Assembly (NCBI GenBank): GCA_902514615.1
Contig: CABXRG010000001.1
Location: forward strand, 13,834 to 77,833
Reading direction: 5' to 3'
Length of the DNA: 64,000 nt
From: an uncultured Bacteroidota bacterium
GTDB lineage: Bacteria > Bacteroidota > Bacteroidia > Flavobacteriales > Flavobacteriaceae
Shown here in pieces: positions 9,298-22,613 of this stretch. The notes beneath the pieces were generated by a model that made no database searches, was not told the DNA's origin, and saw only the letters and a program-made list of their open reading frames with translations. Numbering within the stretch: position 1 is the stretch's first letter; each line of letters opens with the position of its first letter. The position numbers and the translations under genes were made by a program.

Positions 9298-9525
9298 TTA
9301 ATTTAATTTATTCTTAGGCCCTAATGTTCCATTTAATATATTGACTATTCCTCTATATCCATAAAAAACAGCTAGCACTAGCAGGATTGCTCCTATAATT
9401 AGGACTACAATAAAAAAAGGATGATCTTGATTATTAAAGGCTTGAGATACAATAACTGGTGCTATAAAACAAAGGGAAATTCCTGTAAAAACTTGAATAA
9501 ATCCTTTTCTTAAGTATTTATTCAT
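9298..9525 (-). CDS. Small two-TM membrane protein, function unknown
   Basis: 75 aa with two hydrophobic segments (FTGISLCFIAPVIVSQAF and FFIVVLIIGAILLVLAVFYGY). Its ATG overlaps the murQ stop by 8 nt. Confidence 0.5.
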   Translation of the reverse strand: MNKYLRKGFIQVFTGISLCFIAPVIVSQAFNNQDHPFFIVVLIIGAILLVLAVFYGYRGIVNILNGTLGPKNKLN

Positions 9526-10333
9526 TTATGTAATTATCTATTGCTGATCTAACACTTTTATGTTTAAGTATTAATTTGTTAGCCACCTCTTGGTCAACTC
9601 CTAATTCTTCCATAATAATTTTACGTGCTCTTTTATTTAATTTAGCATTACTCATCTGCATATCAACCATTTTGTTTCCTCTAACATGACCATCTAGAAT
9701 CATTGATATTGTTGAAATCATGTTTAAGATAAGTTTCTGTGCTGTACCAGCTTTAAGTCTTGAGCTGCCAGTTAAAAATTCAGGACCGACAATTACTTCA
9801 ATTTTAATATCTGCATACTTTGATAAAGGTGAGTTTTCATTACAAACAATACATCCGGTTGAAATATTATTATTTTGACATTCTTTTAATCCACCAATAA
9901 CATATGGAGTTGTCCCAGATGCAGCTATACCAATTACAAAGTCATTAGAATTTATATTATGATCGGAAAGATCTTTCCATGCTTGATTTAAATCATCTTC
10001 AGCAATTTCAATTGAACTGTGAAGAGCAGGGATCCCGCCAGCTATTAGTCCTACAACCTTTTCTGGAGGTGTTCCGAAAGTAGGAGGACATTCTGAGGCA
10101 TCTAAAACACCAAGTCTTCCACTTGTTCCAGCTCCAATGTAGAATAATCTACCACCATTCTTTATTTTAGGTTCAATTTTTTCAATTAATTCAGTAACAT
10201 GAGGTAATACTTTATGAACTGCTTTAAGTGCATTGTTATCCTCCTCATGCATAGCATTAACTAACTCAACTACAGACTTTTTTTCTAAATCTTTATGATT
10301 GGAATCTTTTTCTGTAATCTTAATGAAATCCAT
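9518..10333 (-). CDS. murQ: N-acetylmuramic acid 6-phosphate etherase
   Basis: 271 aa SIS-domain protein with the MurQ-typical GGRLFYIGAGTSGRLGVLDASECPPTFG. Confidence 0.85.
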   Translation of the reverse strand: MDFIKITEKDSNHKDLEKKSVVELVNAMHEEDNNALKAVHKVLPHVTELIEKIEPKIKNGGRLFYIGAGTSGRLGVLDASECPPTFGTPPEKVVGLIAGGIPALHSSIEIAEDDLNQAWKDLSDHNINSNDFVIGIAASGTTPYVIGGLKECQNNNISTGCIVCNENSPLSKYADIKIEVIVGPEFLTGSSRLKAGTAQKLILNMISTISMILDGHVRGNKMVDMQMSNAKLNKRARKIIMEELGVDQEVANKLILKHKSVRSAIDNYINE

Positions 10334-10338
10334 TATAG

Positions 10339-11568
10339 TTAAAGATTAAGTTTTTTATTTAGATTCTTTTTTAACTCATCTAAAAACTGTTGTGTAGTCA
10401 GGAAGTTCGAATCAACTAAATCATCTCTAAAAACAAGTAAAGCTAGATCTTTTGTCATTTTTCCATCTTCAACAGTTTCAATACAAACTTCTTCAAGAGT
10501 TTTGCAGAAGTCAATTAACTCTTGGTTATTATCAAGTTTTCCTCTATGCATTAAACCTCGTGTCCAAGCAAAAATTGATGCTATTGGATTAGTAGAAGTC
10601 TCTTCACCTTTTTGATGCCTTCTAAAATGTCTAGTAACCGTTCCATGTGCAGCTTCTGCTTCAAGAGTTTTTCCATCAGGGGTTACTAATGTTGAAGTCA
10701 TAAGCCCTAATGAACCAAATCCTTGTGCTACAATATCTGATTGAACATCTCCATCATAGTTCTTACATGCCCACACGAATCCACCTTTCCATTTTATAGC
10801 AGCTGCCACCATATCATCAATTAATCTATGCTCATAGGTTAAATTTTCTTTCTCAAATTTATCTTTAAACTCATTGTCAAAAACTTCTTGAAATATATCC
10901 TTAAATCTACCATCATATGCCTTCAGAATAGTATTTTTTGTAGATAGATAAAGAGGCCATCTTTTAGTTAAGGCCATATTCATACATGACCTTGCAAATC
11001 CGTATATAGATGAATCAATATTATACATTGACATAGCTATTCCGTCTTCTTCAAAATTATAAACTTCCCAGGTTTTAGACTCTCCTCCATTTTTTGGTGT
11101 GAATTTCATTTCAAGTTTTCCTGGACCGTGAGTTGTAACATCTGTAGCTCTATATTGATCTCCAAAAGCATGTCTTCCAATACAAATTGGCCTTGACCAA
11201 CCTTGAACATATCTAGGTATTGATCTACAAATAATAGGCTCTCTGAATACCGTTCCACCTACAATATTTCTTATCGTTCCGTTAGGAGACTTATACATTC
11301 TGCTTAATGAAAACTCATCAACTCTTTGTTCGTCAGGAGTTATCGTAGCACATTTGATGCCGACATTATATTTTTTGATAGCATTTGCAGCATCAACTGT
11401 TATTTGGTCATCAGTTTTGTCTCTAGACTCAATTCCTAAGTCATAGTAAACTACATCTAGATCAATATAGTCTAGAATTAGTTTTTCTTTAATAAATTTC
11501 CAGATGATTCGTGCCATTTCATCACCATCGATTTCTACTATGGGATTGGCTACTTTAATTTTTGACAT
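10339..11568 (-). CDS. icd: NADP-dependent isocitrate dehydrogenase (eukaryote-like subfamily II)
   Basis: 409 aa. [16 protein letters not shown] at the N-terminus and [11 protein letters not shown] are typical of IDH1/2-type homodimeric enzymes. Confidence 0.93.
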   Translation of the reverse strand: MSKIKVANPIVEIDGDEMARIIWKFIKEKLILDYIDLDVVYYDLGIESRDKTDDQITVDAANAIKKYNVGIKCATITPDEQRVDEFSLSRMYKSPNGTIRNIVGGTVFREPIICRSIPRYVQGWSRPICIGRHAFGDQYRATDVTTHGPGKLEMKFTPKNGGESKTWEVYNFEEDGIAMSMYNIDSSIYGFARSCMNMALTKRWPLYLSTKNTILKAYDGRFKDIFQEVFDNEFKDKFEKENLTYEHRLIDDMVAAAIKWKGGFVWACKNYDGDVQSDIVAQGFGSLGLMTSTLVTPDGKTLEAEAAHGTVTRHFRRHQKGEETSTNPIASIFAWTRGLMHRGKLDNNQELIDFCKTLEEVCIETVEDGKMTKDLALLVFRDDLVDSNFLTTQQFLDELKKNLNKKLNL

Positions 11569-11573
11569 AAAAT

Positions 11574-11918
11574 TTATACTTCTTTAATCCTAGCTTTCTT
11601 TCCTCTAAGTTCTCTGAAGTAATAAATTCTTGATTGTCTTACTTTACCCTTCTTATTAACTTCGATTTTCTTTAAACCAGGCATGTTAATTGGGAAAATT
11701 CTTTCAACTCCAACAGTACCAGACATTTTTCTTATTGTAAATGTTTTAGATTGGCCTCTACCTTTTACTTGAATTACAACACCTTTAAAAGACTGAGGTC
11801 TAACCTTATCACCTTCTCTAATTTCTATGGTAACAGTTAACGTGTCACCTGCTGAAAATGAAGGAAACTCATTTTTATTGATAAGTTTATCTTGAACTAA
11901 ATTTACTAAAGAATCCAT
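11574..11918 (-). CDS. rplS: 50S ribosomal protein L19
   Basis: 114 aa. [35 protein letters not shown]... is typical of L19. Lies downstream of trmD as in most bacteria. Confidence 0.96.
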   Translation of the reverse strand: MDSLVNLVQDKLINKNEFPSFSAGDTLTVTIEIREGDKVRPQSFKGVVIQVKGRGQSKTFTIRKMSGTVGVERIFPINMPGLKKIEVNKKGKVRQSRIYYFRELRGKKARIKEV

Positions 11919-11975
11919 TGAAATTTTATTTATTAGGTTTGATTAATTTCAAACACGGGCAAAAATAAACCTTTT

Positions 11976-12653
11976 TTAATCATTATCAAAAAGATTTGGC
12001 CTAAGTAATTTGGTTCGTTCTAAAGATTTATCATCATTCCACTTTTGAATCTCTTTTTCATTACCCGATAAAAGAACCTTTGGAACTTGAAGACCTTTGT
12101 ATATTTCGGGTCTAGTATATATTGGGGGGGATAATAGGTCATCTTGAAAAGTATCTGATAAAGCCGATGATTCATCACCAATAATACCTGGCAAAAGTCT
12201 AATAATTGAATCACATAAAACTGCAGCAGGCAGTTCTCCTCCGGATACAACAAAATCGCCAATAGAAATTTCTTTTGTTACAAGAAATTCTCTTACTCTA
12301 TGATCAATTCCTTTATAGTGCCCACAAATAATTATAATATTGTTTAAAGTTGAGAAATAATTTGATATTTTTTGATCCAACAATTCGCCATCAGGAGTTA
12401 GATATATTATCTCATCATAAATGTTATTTTTTTTAAGTGATTCAATACACTTATCTATGGGTTCAATTTTAATAACCATTCCCGGAAACCCCCCGTAAGG
12501 ATAATCATCTACTTTTCTTGAATTATCTGCATAGTCTCTAAGGTTGTGTGTTTTAACCTCAACTTTATTGGAATCTATAGCCTTTTTAATTATTGAAAAT
12601 GAATTAAGATTATCAAAAACTTCAGGAAATAATGTGAGTACATCTATCCTCAT
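11976..12653 (-). CDS. trmD: tRNA (guanine37-N1)-methyltransferase
   Basis: 225 aa. MRIDVLTLFPEVF at the N-terminus and the SPOUT-knot region ISIGDFVVSGGELPAAVLCDSIIRLLPG. Confidence 0.93.
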   Translation of the reverse strand: MRIDVLTLFPEVFDNLNSFSIIKKAIDSNKVEVKTHNLRDYADNSRKVDDYPYGGFPGMVIKIEPIDKCIESLKKNNIYDEIIYLTPDGELLDQKISNYFSTLNNIIIICGHYKGIDHRVREFLVTKEISIGDFVVSGGELPAAVLCDSIIRLLPGIIGDESSALSDTFQDDLLSPPIYTRPEIYKGLQVPKVLLSGNEKEIQKWNDDKSLERTKLLRPNLFDND

Positions 12654-13792
12654 TAGTTTGAACTTTTTTTCAATGTTACAGTAACAGTTTTAATTTTGTT
12701 ATCTCTGACGAAACTTACTTTAACTTTATCATCTGGTCTTTTTGAGGATAAATATCCAGAAAGATCTGAAAAACGATTTATTTTAAACCCATCAATTGAT
12801 TTTATGATGTCACCTTTCATTAGCCCAGCCATGTCAGCTCCAAATCCTATTTCTATCTCGTCTATATAGAACCCCTCTGTTTCAGATATATTTAATTGTT
12901 TTGAATATGATGATTTTAAAGCTACACCTCTTACTCCAAGAAGACCTTTTTGAACATCTCCATATTCTAGAATATCTTCAAATATTTTTCTCACGGTGTT
13001 ACTGGGTACTGCAAAAGAGTATCCGACATAACCTCCTGTCATAGATTGAATGAGTGTGTTAATTCCTATTAATTCACCTTCGATATTAACTAATGCACCA
13101 CCACTATTCCCGAAATTTACAGCTGCATCAGTTTGAATAAAAGATTGATTCTTTTGATCATACTCATTTAGATCTCTTGACTTAGAACTTATAATGCCAG
13201 CTGTAACTGTTGAATTTAAGTTGTAAGGATTTCCAACAGCTAGAACCCATTCTCCAATAAGTGTAGAATCTGAATCACCAAAAAAAATATAATCTAAACT
13301 TGAATCTGAATCAATTTTTAAAACTGCTATATCAAAAACCTCATCATATCCTACAATTCCAGCTTCATACTCTTTATTGTCATTAGTAGTTACAATAACT
13401 TCGCTGGAGTTCTCAATTACGTGATAATTGGTTATTATATATCCATCAGGAGAAACAATTACCCCTGAGCCAGTTCCTACCTTTTTTTTAGAATCATCAC
13501 CATAAAAAAACTGTAATGCCCAGCTATCGCTATCTTTAACAATACTTGTATTTTTTACATGCACAACCGCATCTATTGATTTATTTGCTGAAAAGGTTAA
13601 GTCTGGGAGAGAGGATGTTGAATTTATGCTCCTTTGACTAGATAATGTGTTAACAGCATATTGAGGAACGTTATCATCCGCTAGCGCTACTTTGTAATTA
13701 TTTTCACTTGTTTGAATAAAACTATTAAACAAGAAAAAAGTTAGAGTCGAACAAGCAATAGAAATAATTATAACTTTAGTAAATGATTTCAT
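12653..13792 (-). CDS. HtrA/DegP-like trypsin-fold serine protease with one PDZ domain
   Basis: 379 aa with an N-terminal signal/anchor. Catalytic triad contexts are TNYHVI (His), DIAVLKI (Asp) and GNSGGALVN (Ser). C-terminal PDZ-like region (GLMKGDIIKSIDG). Confidence 0.85.
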   Translation of the reverse strand: MKSFTKVIIISIACSTLTFFLFNSFIQTSENNYKVALADDNVPQYAVNTLSSQRSINSTSSLPDLTFSANKSIDAVVHVKNTSIVKDSDSWALQFFYGDDSKKKVGTGSGVIVSPDGYIITNYHVIENSSEVIVTTNDNKEYEAGIVGYDEVFDIAVLKIDSDSSLDYIFFGDSDSTLIGEWVLAVGNPYNLNSTVTAGIISSKSRDLNEYDQKNQSFIQTDAAVNFGNSGGALVNIEGELIGINTLIQSMTGGYVGYSFAVPSNTVRKIFEDILEYGDVQKGLLGVRGVALKSSYSKQLNISETEGFYIDEIEIGFGADMAGLMKGDIIKSIDGFKINRFSDLSGYLSSKRPDDKVKVSFVRDNKIKTVTVTLKKSSN

Positions 13793-13862
13793 TTTTTTAA
13801 GGTAAAAATAATATATTAAATTTTTAATATTTATATTTTAACTATTGTTTAACTAGAGTATT

Positions 13863-14366
13863 ATGAATTTAAAACTTAGAGCTCTTGAACCTAGTGATTT
13901 AGAACTGGTTTATGAGGTGGAAAATGATAAATCTCTTTGGGTCTATTCAAATACTGCATCTCCTTTTTCTAGACATTCGCTAAAGAAATTTATAGAAAAT
14001 TCACATTTGGATATAATTGAGCACAAACAATTAAGATTAGTAATAGCTGATGATGAGAAATCATATGGATTCATAGATTTATATGATTATGACTTTATAA
14101 ATAGAAGGGTAGGTATAGGGATAATTATATTTAAAAAATATAGATCTAAAGGAATAGGTTTGATTTCCTTACAACTAACTGAAGATTACTTACTTAATCA
14201 TGTTCCAATTCATCAATTATATGCAAATATTTCATCTACTAATAAAGAAAGTATTTCACTTTTTAAAAAAAGTGGTTTTGTTAATGTAGGTTTGAAAAAA
14301 GATTGGATATTTTACAATAATAAATTTAATGATGAGTTATTAGTTCAAAAAATTCTGAATAAATGA
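13863..14366 (+). CDS. GNAT-family N-acetyltransferase (RimJ/RimL-like)
   Basis: 167 aa. GNAT motif A in FKKYRSKGIGLISL. LRALEPSDLELVYEVEND at the N-terminus is typical of the RimJ/L-like subgroup. Confidence 0.75.
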   Translation: MNLKLRALEPSDLELVYEVENDKSLWVYSNTASPFSRHSLKKFIENSHLDIIEHKQLRLVIADDEKSYGFIDLYDYDFINRRVGIGIIIFKKYRSKGIGLISLQLTEDYLLNHVPIHQLYANISSTNKESISLFKKSGFVNVGLKKDWIFYNNKFNDELLVQKILNK

Positions 14367-15391
14367 AAGTTTTAAAAATAATTATACCAATAACAATCCT
14401 ATTTTCAGTTATAGCTATTGACTACTATAATAAGTTTTATAAAGAAAATACTGCTTTTGACGAGGAAGCTATATTCCTCTATGTCATGGAAGGTGATAGC
14501 CTAGCCTTTGCAGACTCTATTTCAAAGTATTTAAAATCTACAAAAACATTTTACAAAGTTGCAGATAGACTTAATTATTTAGATAATAAAAAAACAGGAA
14601 GATTTAAAATAATAAAAGGTATTGGAAACAATGACATAGTCAGATCTTTAAAGTTTAATAATACTCCTGTAACAGTTACTTTTAATAATCAAGAAAGAAT
14701 TGAAAACTTAGCAGGAAGAATTTCAAAGCAAATTTATGAGGATAGTTTATCTCTTATTAATTCATTTAAAGATGAGGATTTTTTAATGAGTAATGATTTA
14801 AATGAGGAAAATATTCTTTCAATTTTTATTCCTAATTCATATAAAATTTATTGGAATACTAGTTCTGATGATTTTAGAGACAAAATGCTTAGTGAATTCA
14901 AAAAGTTTTGGAATCAGGATAGATCTGAAAAAGCTAAAAACTTAGGCTTGAGTAAATTAGAAATAATTTCATTAGCATCAATTGTTCAAATTGAGAGTAG
15001 AAAAATTGATGAACGTCCAAGAGTTGCAGGTTTATATATAAATAGACTTCAAGACAAAATGAGGCTTCAAGCTGATCCAACTGTAATTTATACAATAAAA
15101 GATTATTATAAGAATTTTGATACTATTATAAGGAGAGTCCTTTATCGAGATCTTAAATTAGATTCTGAGTTTAATACATATAAGATAAAAGGTCTTCCGC
15201 CAGGTCCTATAACAATGCCAGATATATCAGCTATAGATGCTGTTCTTGATTATGAGAAACATGATTATTTGTTTATGGTAGCCAATCCATCTAATAGAGG
15301 ATATCATCTTTTTGCAAGCGATTTATCTGGACACAACAGAAATAAAAAGGCTTATATCCGCTGGATAAACAGCAAGGGAATCTATAGATAG
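14363..15391 (+). CDS. mltG: Endolytic murein transglycosylase (YceG family)
   Basis: 342 aa with an N-terminal TM anchor. Conserved YceG blocks are LASIVQIESRK, RLQADPTVIY and YNTYKIKGLPPGPI. Confidence 0.88.
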   Translation: MKVLKIIIPITILFSVIAIDYYNKFYKENTAFDEEAIFLYVMEGDSLAFADSISKYLKSTKTFYKVADRLNYLDNKKTGRFKIIKGIGNNDIVRSLKFNNTPVTVTFNNQERIENLAGRISKQIYEDSLSLINSFKDEDFLMSNDLNEENILSIFIPNSYKIYWNTSSDDFRDKMLSEFKKFWNQDRSEKAKNLGLSKLEIISLASIVQIESRKIDERPRVAGLYINRLQDKMRLQADPTVIYTIKDYYKNFDTIIRRVLYRDLKLDSEFNTYKIKGLPPGPITMPDISAIDAVLDYEKHDYLFMVANPSNRGYHLFASDLSGHNRNKKAYIRWINSKGIYR

Positions 15392-15392
15392 T

Positions 15393-16820
15393 TTAGTTTG
15401 AAAGTTTCTGATTCAAATCTTCAACATACTTTCTGAATTGTTTATCAGTAAAGCTAAGATTATCAACAGTTTTGCACGCATGTAGAACAGTAGCATGATC
15501 TCTTCTACCGATTTGTGAGCCAATACTAGCAAGCGAAGCCTTGGTGAATTTTTTAGCAAAATACATAGCTATTTGTCTGGCTTGTACAATATGTCTTTTT
15601 CTAGTTTTTGATTGTAGTGTTTGTATATCCATTTGGAAATAATCAGAAACTACTTTTTGAATGTAATCAATAGAAACCTCTCTTCTATTATTCTTAACAA
15701 ATTTATTTATAACCTCCTTGGCTAACTCTACTGTTATTTCTGCTTTGTTAAATGAAGATTGAGCAATTAGGGATATAATCGCGCCTTCTAGCTCCCTTAC
15801 ATTCGAATGTATATTCTTAGCTACAAATTCAATTACATCATCTTGAATCTCAACGCCATCTCTGTAAAGTTTATTTTTTAGAATTGAAACTCTAGTCTCA
15901 AAGCTTGGGTTTTGAAGTTCAGCAGATAATCCCCATTTAAACCTAGATAAAAGTCTTTGTTCAATATCTTGCATATCAATTGGAGCTTTGTCTGAAGTGA
16001 GAATAACTTGTTTCCCATTTTGATGCAAGTGATTAAAAATATGAAAAAATACATCTTGAGTTCCAGATTTACCTGAAAGAAACTGAACATCATCAACTAT
16101 TAGGACATCAATTACTTGATAAAAATGTATGAAATCATTTCGAGTATTCTTTTTAACTGAATCAACATATTGTTGAGTAAATTTTTCTGCTGAAATATAT
16201 AATACAGTTTTATCTGGATATTTCTGTTTAATATCGACTCCTATTGCATGTGCTAGATGAGTCTTTCCTAATCCAACACCTCCATAAACAAGAAGAGGAT
16301 TAAAGGATGTGCCTCCTGGTTTATTTGAAACAGCAATTCCTGCAGATCTAGCTAATCTGTTAGAATCACCCTCTAAAAAATTTTCAAAAGTGTAATTAGG
16401 ATTTAATTGTGATTCAATCTGAAGATTTCTTATTCCAGGTATGACAAATGGATTTTTTAATTCAGATGCAAAAGTGCTGAAAGGAGAATCAATTGATTGT
16501 GATTTTATGCTAGAACTTGAAGAACTCGGAATTTTTTCAGTAAATGGCATCTTATTTCCAAATGTGTTCTCCATTTTAATTATATAGACAAGTCTTGCTT
16601 CTGACCCCAGTTCTTTGGTAAGAGCCATTCGTAAAATCTTAACATAATGTTCTTCTAGCCATTCGTAGAAAAATTTACTAGGAACTTGAATACTTAAAAC
16701 ATCATCTGAAAGCTTAACTGGAATTATGGGCTCAAACCAAGTTTTATATGCCTGAGGCTGGATATTATCCTTTATAAAGGATAAGCAATTGTTCCATACT
16801 GCAGAGGGTGTTTGACTCAT
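15393..16820 (-). CDS. dnaA: Chromosomal replication initiator protein DnaA
   Basis: 475 aa. AAA+ Walker A GGVGLGKTHLAHAIG, Walker B LIVDDVQFL, and C-terminal DNA-binding domain (IVQARQIAMYFAKKFT...GRRDHATVLHACKTV). Confidence 0.97.
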   Translation of the reverse strand: MSQTPSAVWNNCLSFIKDNIQPQAYKTWFEPIIPVKLSDDVLSIQVPSKFFYEWLEEHYVKILRMALTKELGSEARLVYIIKMENTFGNKMPFTEKIPSSSSSSIKSQSIDSPFSTFASELKNPFVIPGIRNLQIESQLNPNYTFENFLEGDSNRLARSAGIAVSNKPGGTSFNPLLVYGGVGLGKTHLAHAIGVDIKQKYPDKTVLYISAEKFTQQYVDSVKKNTRNDFIHFYQVIDVLIVDDVQFLSGKSGTQDVFFHIFNHLHQNGKQVILTSDKAPIDMQDIEQRLLSRFKWGLSAELQNPSFETRVSILKNKLYRDGVEIQDDVIEFVAKNIHSNVRELEGAIISLIAQSSFNKAEITVELAKEVINKFVKNNRREVSIDYIQKVVSDYFQMDIQTLQSKTRKRHIVQARQIAMYFAKKFTKASLASIGSQIGRRDHATVLHACKTVDNLSFTDKQFRKYVEDLNQKLSN

Positions 16821-16959
16821 TTTTTCTTAGCTAGATATTATTTGAATATATTTATGAAATATTGTTTTTGGCTCACTGCAAATATTAGTTAAAAAAAGTG
16901 AAAAAAAAATATCGTTTACTATTGATTATTAATTTTTTTTTTGTTAAAATCAAGTAGGA

Positions 16960-16967
16960 TAATTTTG
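16960..16967 (+). promoter_or_regulatory. Candidate -7 promoter box (TAATTTTG) for the thioesterase gene
   Basis: Exact TAnnTTTG, 37 nt upstream of the ATG at 17005. Confidence 0.3.
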
Positions 16968-17004
16968 TAGGAAGATTAGTGTTTTCCTTCATAAAACATA
17001 ATAA

Positions 17005-17397
17005 ATGAACTACACAACGGGTAAAATTAAAGTCAGATATAACGAAACCGATCAAATGGGTATCGTTCATCATAGTAATTATTTGAAATTTTTTGAATTA
17101 GCAAGGATTGAATGGCTAGAGAAATTGAATATGCCATATGAGGAAATTGAAAGTAACAATATAATTCTCCCGGTTGTTAGATGTGAATTAAAGTTTATAA
17201 AACCATTAATTTTTGGAGACATTTTTTTTGTAAAAGTTTTATGTTCAAAAAAGCCAACTTCTACAATTGAGTTTACTTACGAAATTTATAATGATAATAA
17301 TGAATTAACTACCGAAGGGAAAACATCACTAGCATTCCTTAATTCTTCTACAAGAAAGCCATCAAGATGTCCAAAGATTATTAGTGACTTGTTTTAA
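17005..17397 (+). CDS. Hotdog-fold acyl-CoA thioesterase (YbgC/4HBT family)
   Basis: 130 aa. N-terminal VRYNETDQMGIVHHSNYLKFFELARIEWL matches the YbgC/4HBT catalytic-Asp block. Confidence 0.8.
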   Translation: MNYTTGKIKVRYNETDQMGIVHHSNYLKFFELARIEWLEKLNMPYEEIESNNIILPVVRCELKFIKPLIFGDIFFVKVLCSKKPTSTIEFTYEIYNDNNELTTEGKTSLAFLNSSTRKPSRCPKIISDLF

Positions 17398-17401
17398 ATA
17401 T

Positions 17402-18424
17402 TTATCTCTCTAATGTATAAAGAGAATCTCTACCTATTATTGTTTCTTTAAAAATTGAAAAATCTATATCTGGACTTTTGACACCATCCACTAAATTTTT
17501 ACTAGATTTAAATACTCTGATAGAATCCCACAAATCATTTTTTAAAAAATTATTAATTGTTTTAGTACCCCCCTCTATGATTACAGATTGAATTTTTAGA
17601 CTGTATAATGAATCTAAAATAAATTTCATTTTTTCAAATTTTATTATTTTAAGATTATCATTAATCGCACTATTCTCTTTCTTTGATAACACTATTGTTT
17701 TTGAATCTTTTGAAAATATTTTAGAGTTTACAGGGATTCTACAATTAGGGTCTAACACAAATCTAATTGGATTTTTTCCTTGAACTAACCTAGTAGTTAG
17801 AAAAGGGTTGTCATCTATTATGGTCTGAACACCAACTAAAATTGAATCTTCTTGTCCTCTCCATGTGTGAGATAATTTTAAAGACTCTTCACCAGAAATC
17901 TTGAATACTTCTCTTTGTTTTTTAATTGGACTTATAAATCCATCACTTGATTCAGCCCATTTTAGAATTATATATGGCCTTTTAAATTTATGATAAGTAA
18001 AAAATCTTCGATTTAAATAATTGCATTTATCTTCTAAAACACCTAATGTTACATTGCAACCACTATTTATAAGTTTTTCGACACCACCTCCTTTAACTAT
18101 ACTGTTAGGATCTCTTGATCCAATAATTATATTTTTAATTTTATTTTTGATTATTAAATCTGTACATGGTGGTGTTTTGCCAATGTGATTACATGGTTCT
18201 AGATTTACATACAGTGTCGAGTCTTTTAGTAAATCTTTATTTTTCACACTGTTGATTGCATTAACTTCAGCATGATTTTCTCCATAGATTTGATGAGACC
18301 CTTCTCCTATAATTTTATTTTTATGAACTATGACAGATCCAACTAGTGGATTTGGAAAGGTATTTCCTAATTCTTTTGATGCTAGCTCAATACATCTTTC
18401 CATATAATTTATATTATACTCCAT
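17402..18424 (-). CDS. ribD: Bifunctional riboflavin biosynthesis deaminase/reductase
   Basis: The track ORF begins at a TTG (18496). I use the ATG at 18424 (MEYNINYMERCIELA...). Zinc deaminase motifs are HAEVNAI and PCNHIGKTPPC, followed by the C-terminal reductase domain. Confidence 0.9.
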   Translation of the reverse strand: MEYNINYMERCIELASKELGNTFPNPLVGSVIVHKNKIIGEGSHQIYGENHAEVNAINSVKNKDLLKDSTLYVNLEPCNHIGKTPPCTDLIIKNKIKNIIIGSRDPNSIVKGGGVEKLINSGCNVTLGVLEDKCNYLNRRFFTYHKFKRPYIILKWAESSDGFISPIKKQREVFKISGEESLKLSHTWRGQEDSILVGVQTIIDDNPFLTTRLVQGKNPIRFVLDPNCRIPVNSKIFSKDSKTIVLSKKENSAINDNLKIIKFEKMKFILDSLYSLKIQSVIIEGGTKTINNFLKNDLWDSIRVFKSSKNLVDGVKSPDIDFSIFKETIIGRDSLYTLER

Positions 18425-18472
18425 AACTACTAATAAAATTAGAATTGTAAATTTAAGCCAAAAAGCATAAAT

Positions 18473-18948
18473 ATGTTGATTAGACCAATTAATCAATCTG
18501 ATAATAAATCTCTTTCAGTTATACTCAGAGAAGTATTGGTTGAAATGCAGATTCCAAAAATAGGTTCTGCATACGAAGATCCAGAATTAGATGATATGTT
18601 TAATACTTATCAATTGCCAAGATCACAATATTTTGTTGTTCAAGAGGGAGATAGAATTCTAGGTGGTGCAGGTATAAGTCCATTAAGAGATGGAGATGCT
18701 AATATCTGTGAACTTCAAAAAATGTACTTTAATAAATCTTTAAGAGGAAGGGGTATAGGACAAAAAATGATACAAATTTGTATAGATTTTGCTGTTAAAT
18801 CAGATTTTGATAAGTGTTATATAGAAACTATGCCTAATATGATTAAAGCTCAAAAATTATATATAAAACAAGGATTTAAATATATAGATAGCCCGCTTGG
18901 AAATACAGGTCATAATGCTTGCCCTATTTGGATGATAAAGGAAATTAG

Positions 18949-18952
<4 letters not shown>
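18473..18952 (+). CDS. GNAT-family N-acetyltransferase
   Basis: 159 aa. Motif A is NKSLRGRGIGQKMI, with the usual GNAT fold length. Confidence 0.75.
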
Positions 18953-21787
<2,835 letters not shown>

Positions 21788-21822
21788 ACTTATATTAAAT
21801 TTGCCAAAATACGCAATACTTT

Positions 21823-22605
21823 ATGTACAGATTTTCTTTTATAATATTGTCAACTTTAATCTTGTCCTCATGTAATGATTATCAAAAATTATTAAATAGT
21901 ACTGAGAATGAAGTTGATAAATATACTGCTGCTGAAGAATATTATGATAATGGAGAATATAGAAGAGCTAATGCTTTAATTGAGCAAATAATTCCATCAT
22001 ATAGAGGAAAACCACAAGGTGAAAGGTTAGTTTATTTCTTTGCTAATTCCTATTTTGAGACAAAAATTTATTATTCTTCTGCTATTCAATTTGAAAATTT
22101 TATTAAGTCTTATCCCAATAGCCAAAGAATTCAGGAAGCTTATTTTATGGAAGCTAAATCTTATTACATGCTTTCACCTCTGTATACTCTAGATCAAGAT
22201 GACACTTATACTGGAATTGATAAGCTTCAAGTTTTTATTAATAGGTTCCCCAATAGTGAATATGTTGTTGAGGCACTGGAATTAATGGAGGAGTTACAAA
22301 ATAAGCTTGAGAAAAAAGAATTTGAAGTTTCAAAACAGTACTATTCTATTAGAGACTATAATTCTGCTATTAAATCATTAGATAACTTTATAGCAGATAA
22401 CCCTGGAACAATCTTCAGAGAAGAAGCCTTATATTATAGATGGTTGTCTCAATATGAGATTACAATTAATAGTATTGAGTCTAGAATAAATGAGAGAGTT
22501 ACGGAGCTTGAGAGATCATTTGATAACTTTTTAAGATATTATCCTGACACCATCTTTATTGAAGATTTATCAGAAAAAATTAATATTGCTAAACAACTTT
22601 TATAA
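21823..22605 (+). CDS. bamD: Outer membrane protein assembly factor BamD (YfiO-like lipoprotein)
   Basis: 260 aa. Lipoprotein signal ending LILSSC, TPR-like helical repeats and the conserved SPLYTLDQDDT block. Sits in the bamD-rpoZ-coaBC neighbourhood typical of Flavobacteriia. Confidence 0.8.
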   Translation: MYRFSFIILSTLILSSCNDYQKLLNSTENEVDKYTAAEEYYDNGEYRRANALIEQIIPSYRGKPQGERLVYFFANSYFETKIYYSSAIQFENFIKSYPNSQRIQEAYFMEAKSYYMLSPLYTLDQDDTYTGIDKLQVFINRFPNSEYVVEALELMEELQNKLEKKEFEVSKQYYSIRDYNSAIKSLDNFIADNPGTIFREEALYYRWLSQYEITINSIESRINERVTELERSFDNFLRYYPDTIFIEDLSEKINIAKQLL

Positions 22606-22613
22606 ATAAAATA

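Noticed and set aside
16821-17004. Calling this spacer oriC as an annotated feature.
   Set aside because: I found no TTATCCACA/TGTGGATAA box or obvious near-match cluster here by eye. Only AT-richness and the gene-orientation context support it, so it is kept as a hypothesis in the findings rather than as a feature.
16885-17073. Track ORF of 62 aa on the minus strand spanning the dnaA-upstream spacer and the start of the thioesterase gene.
   Set aside because: It overlaps the well-supported thioesterase start and runs through homopolymer tracts. It is most likely a chance ORF in AT-rich spacer.
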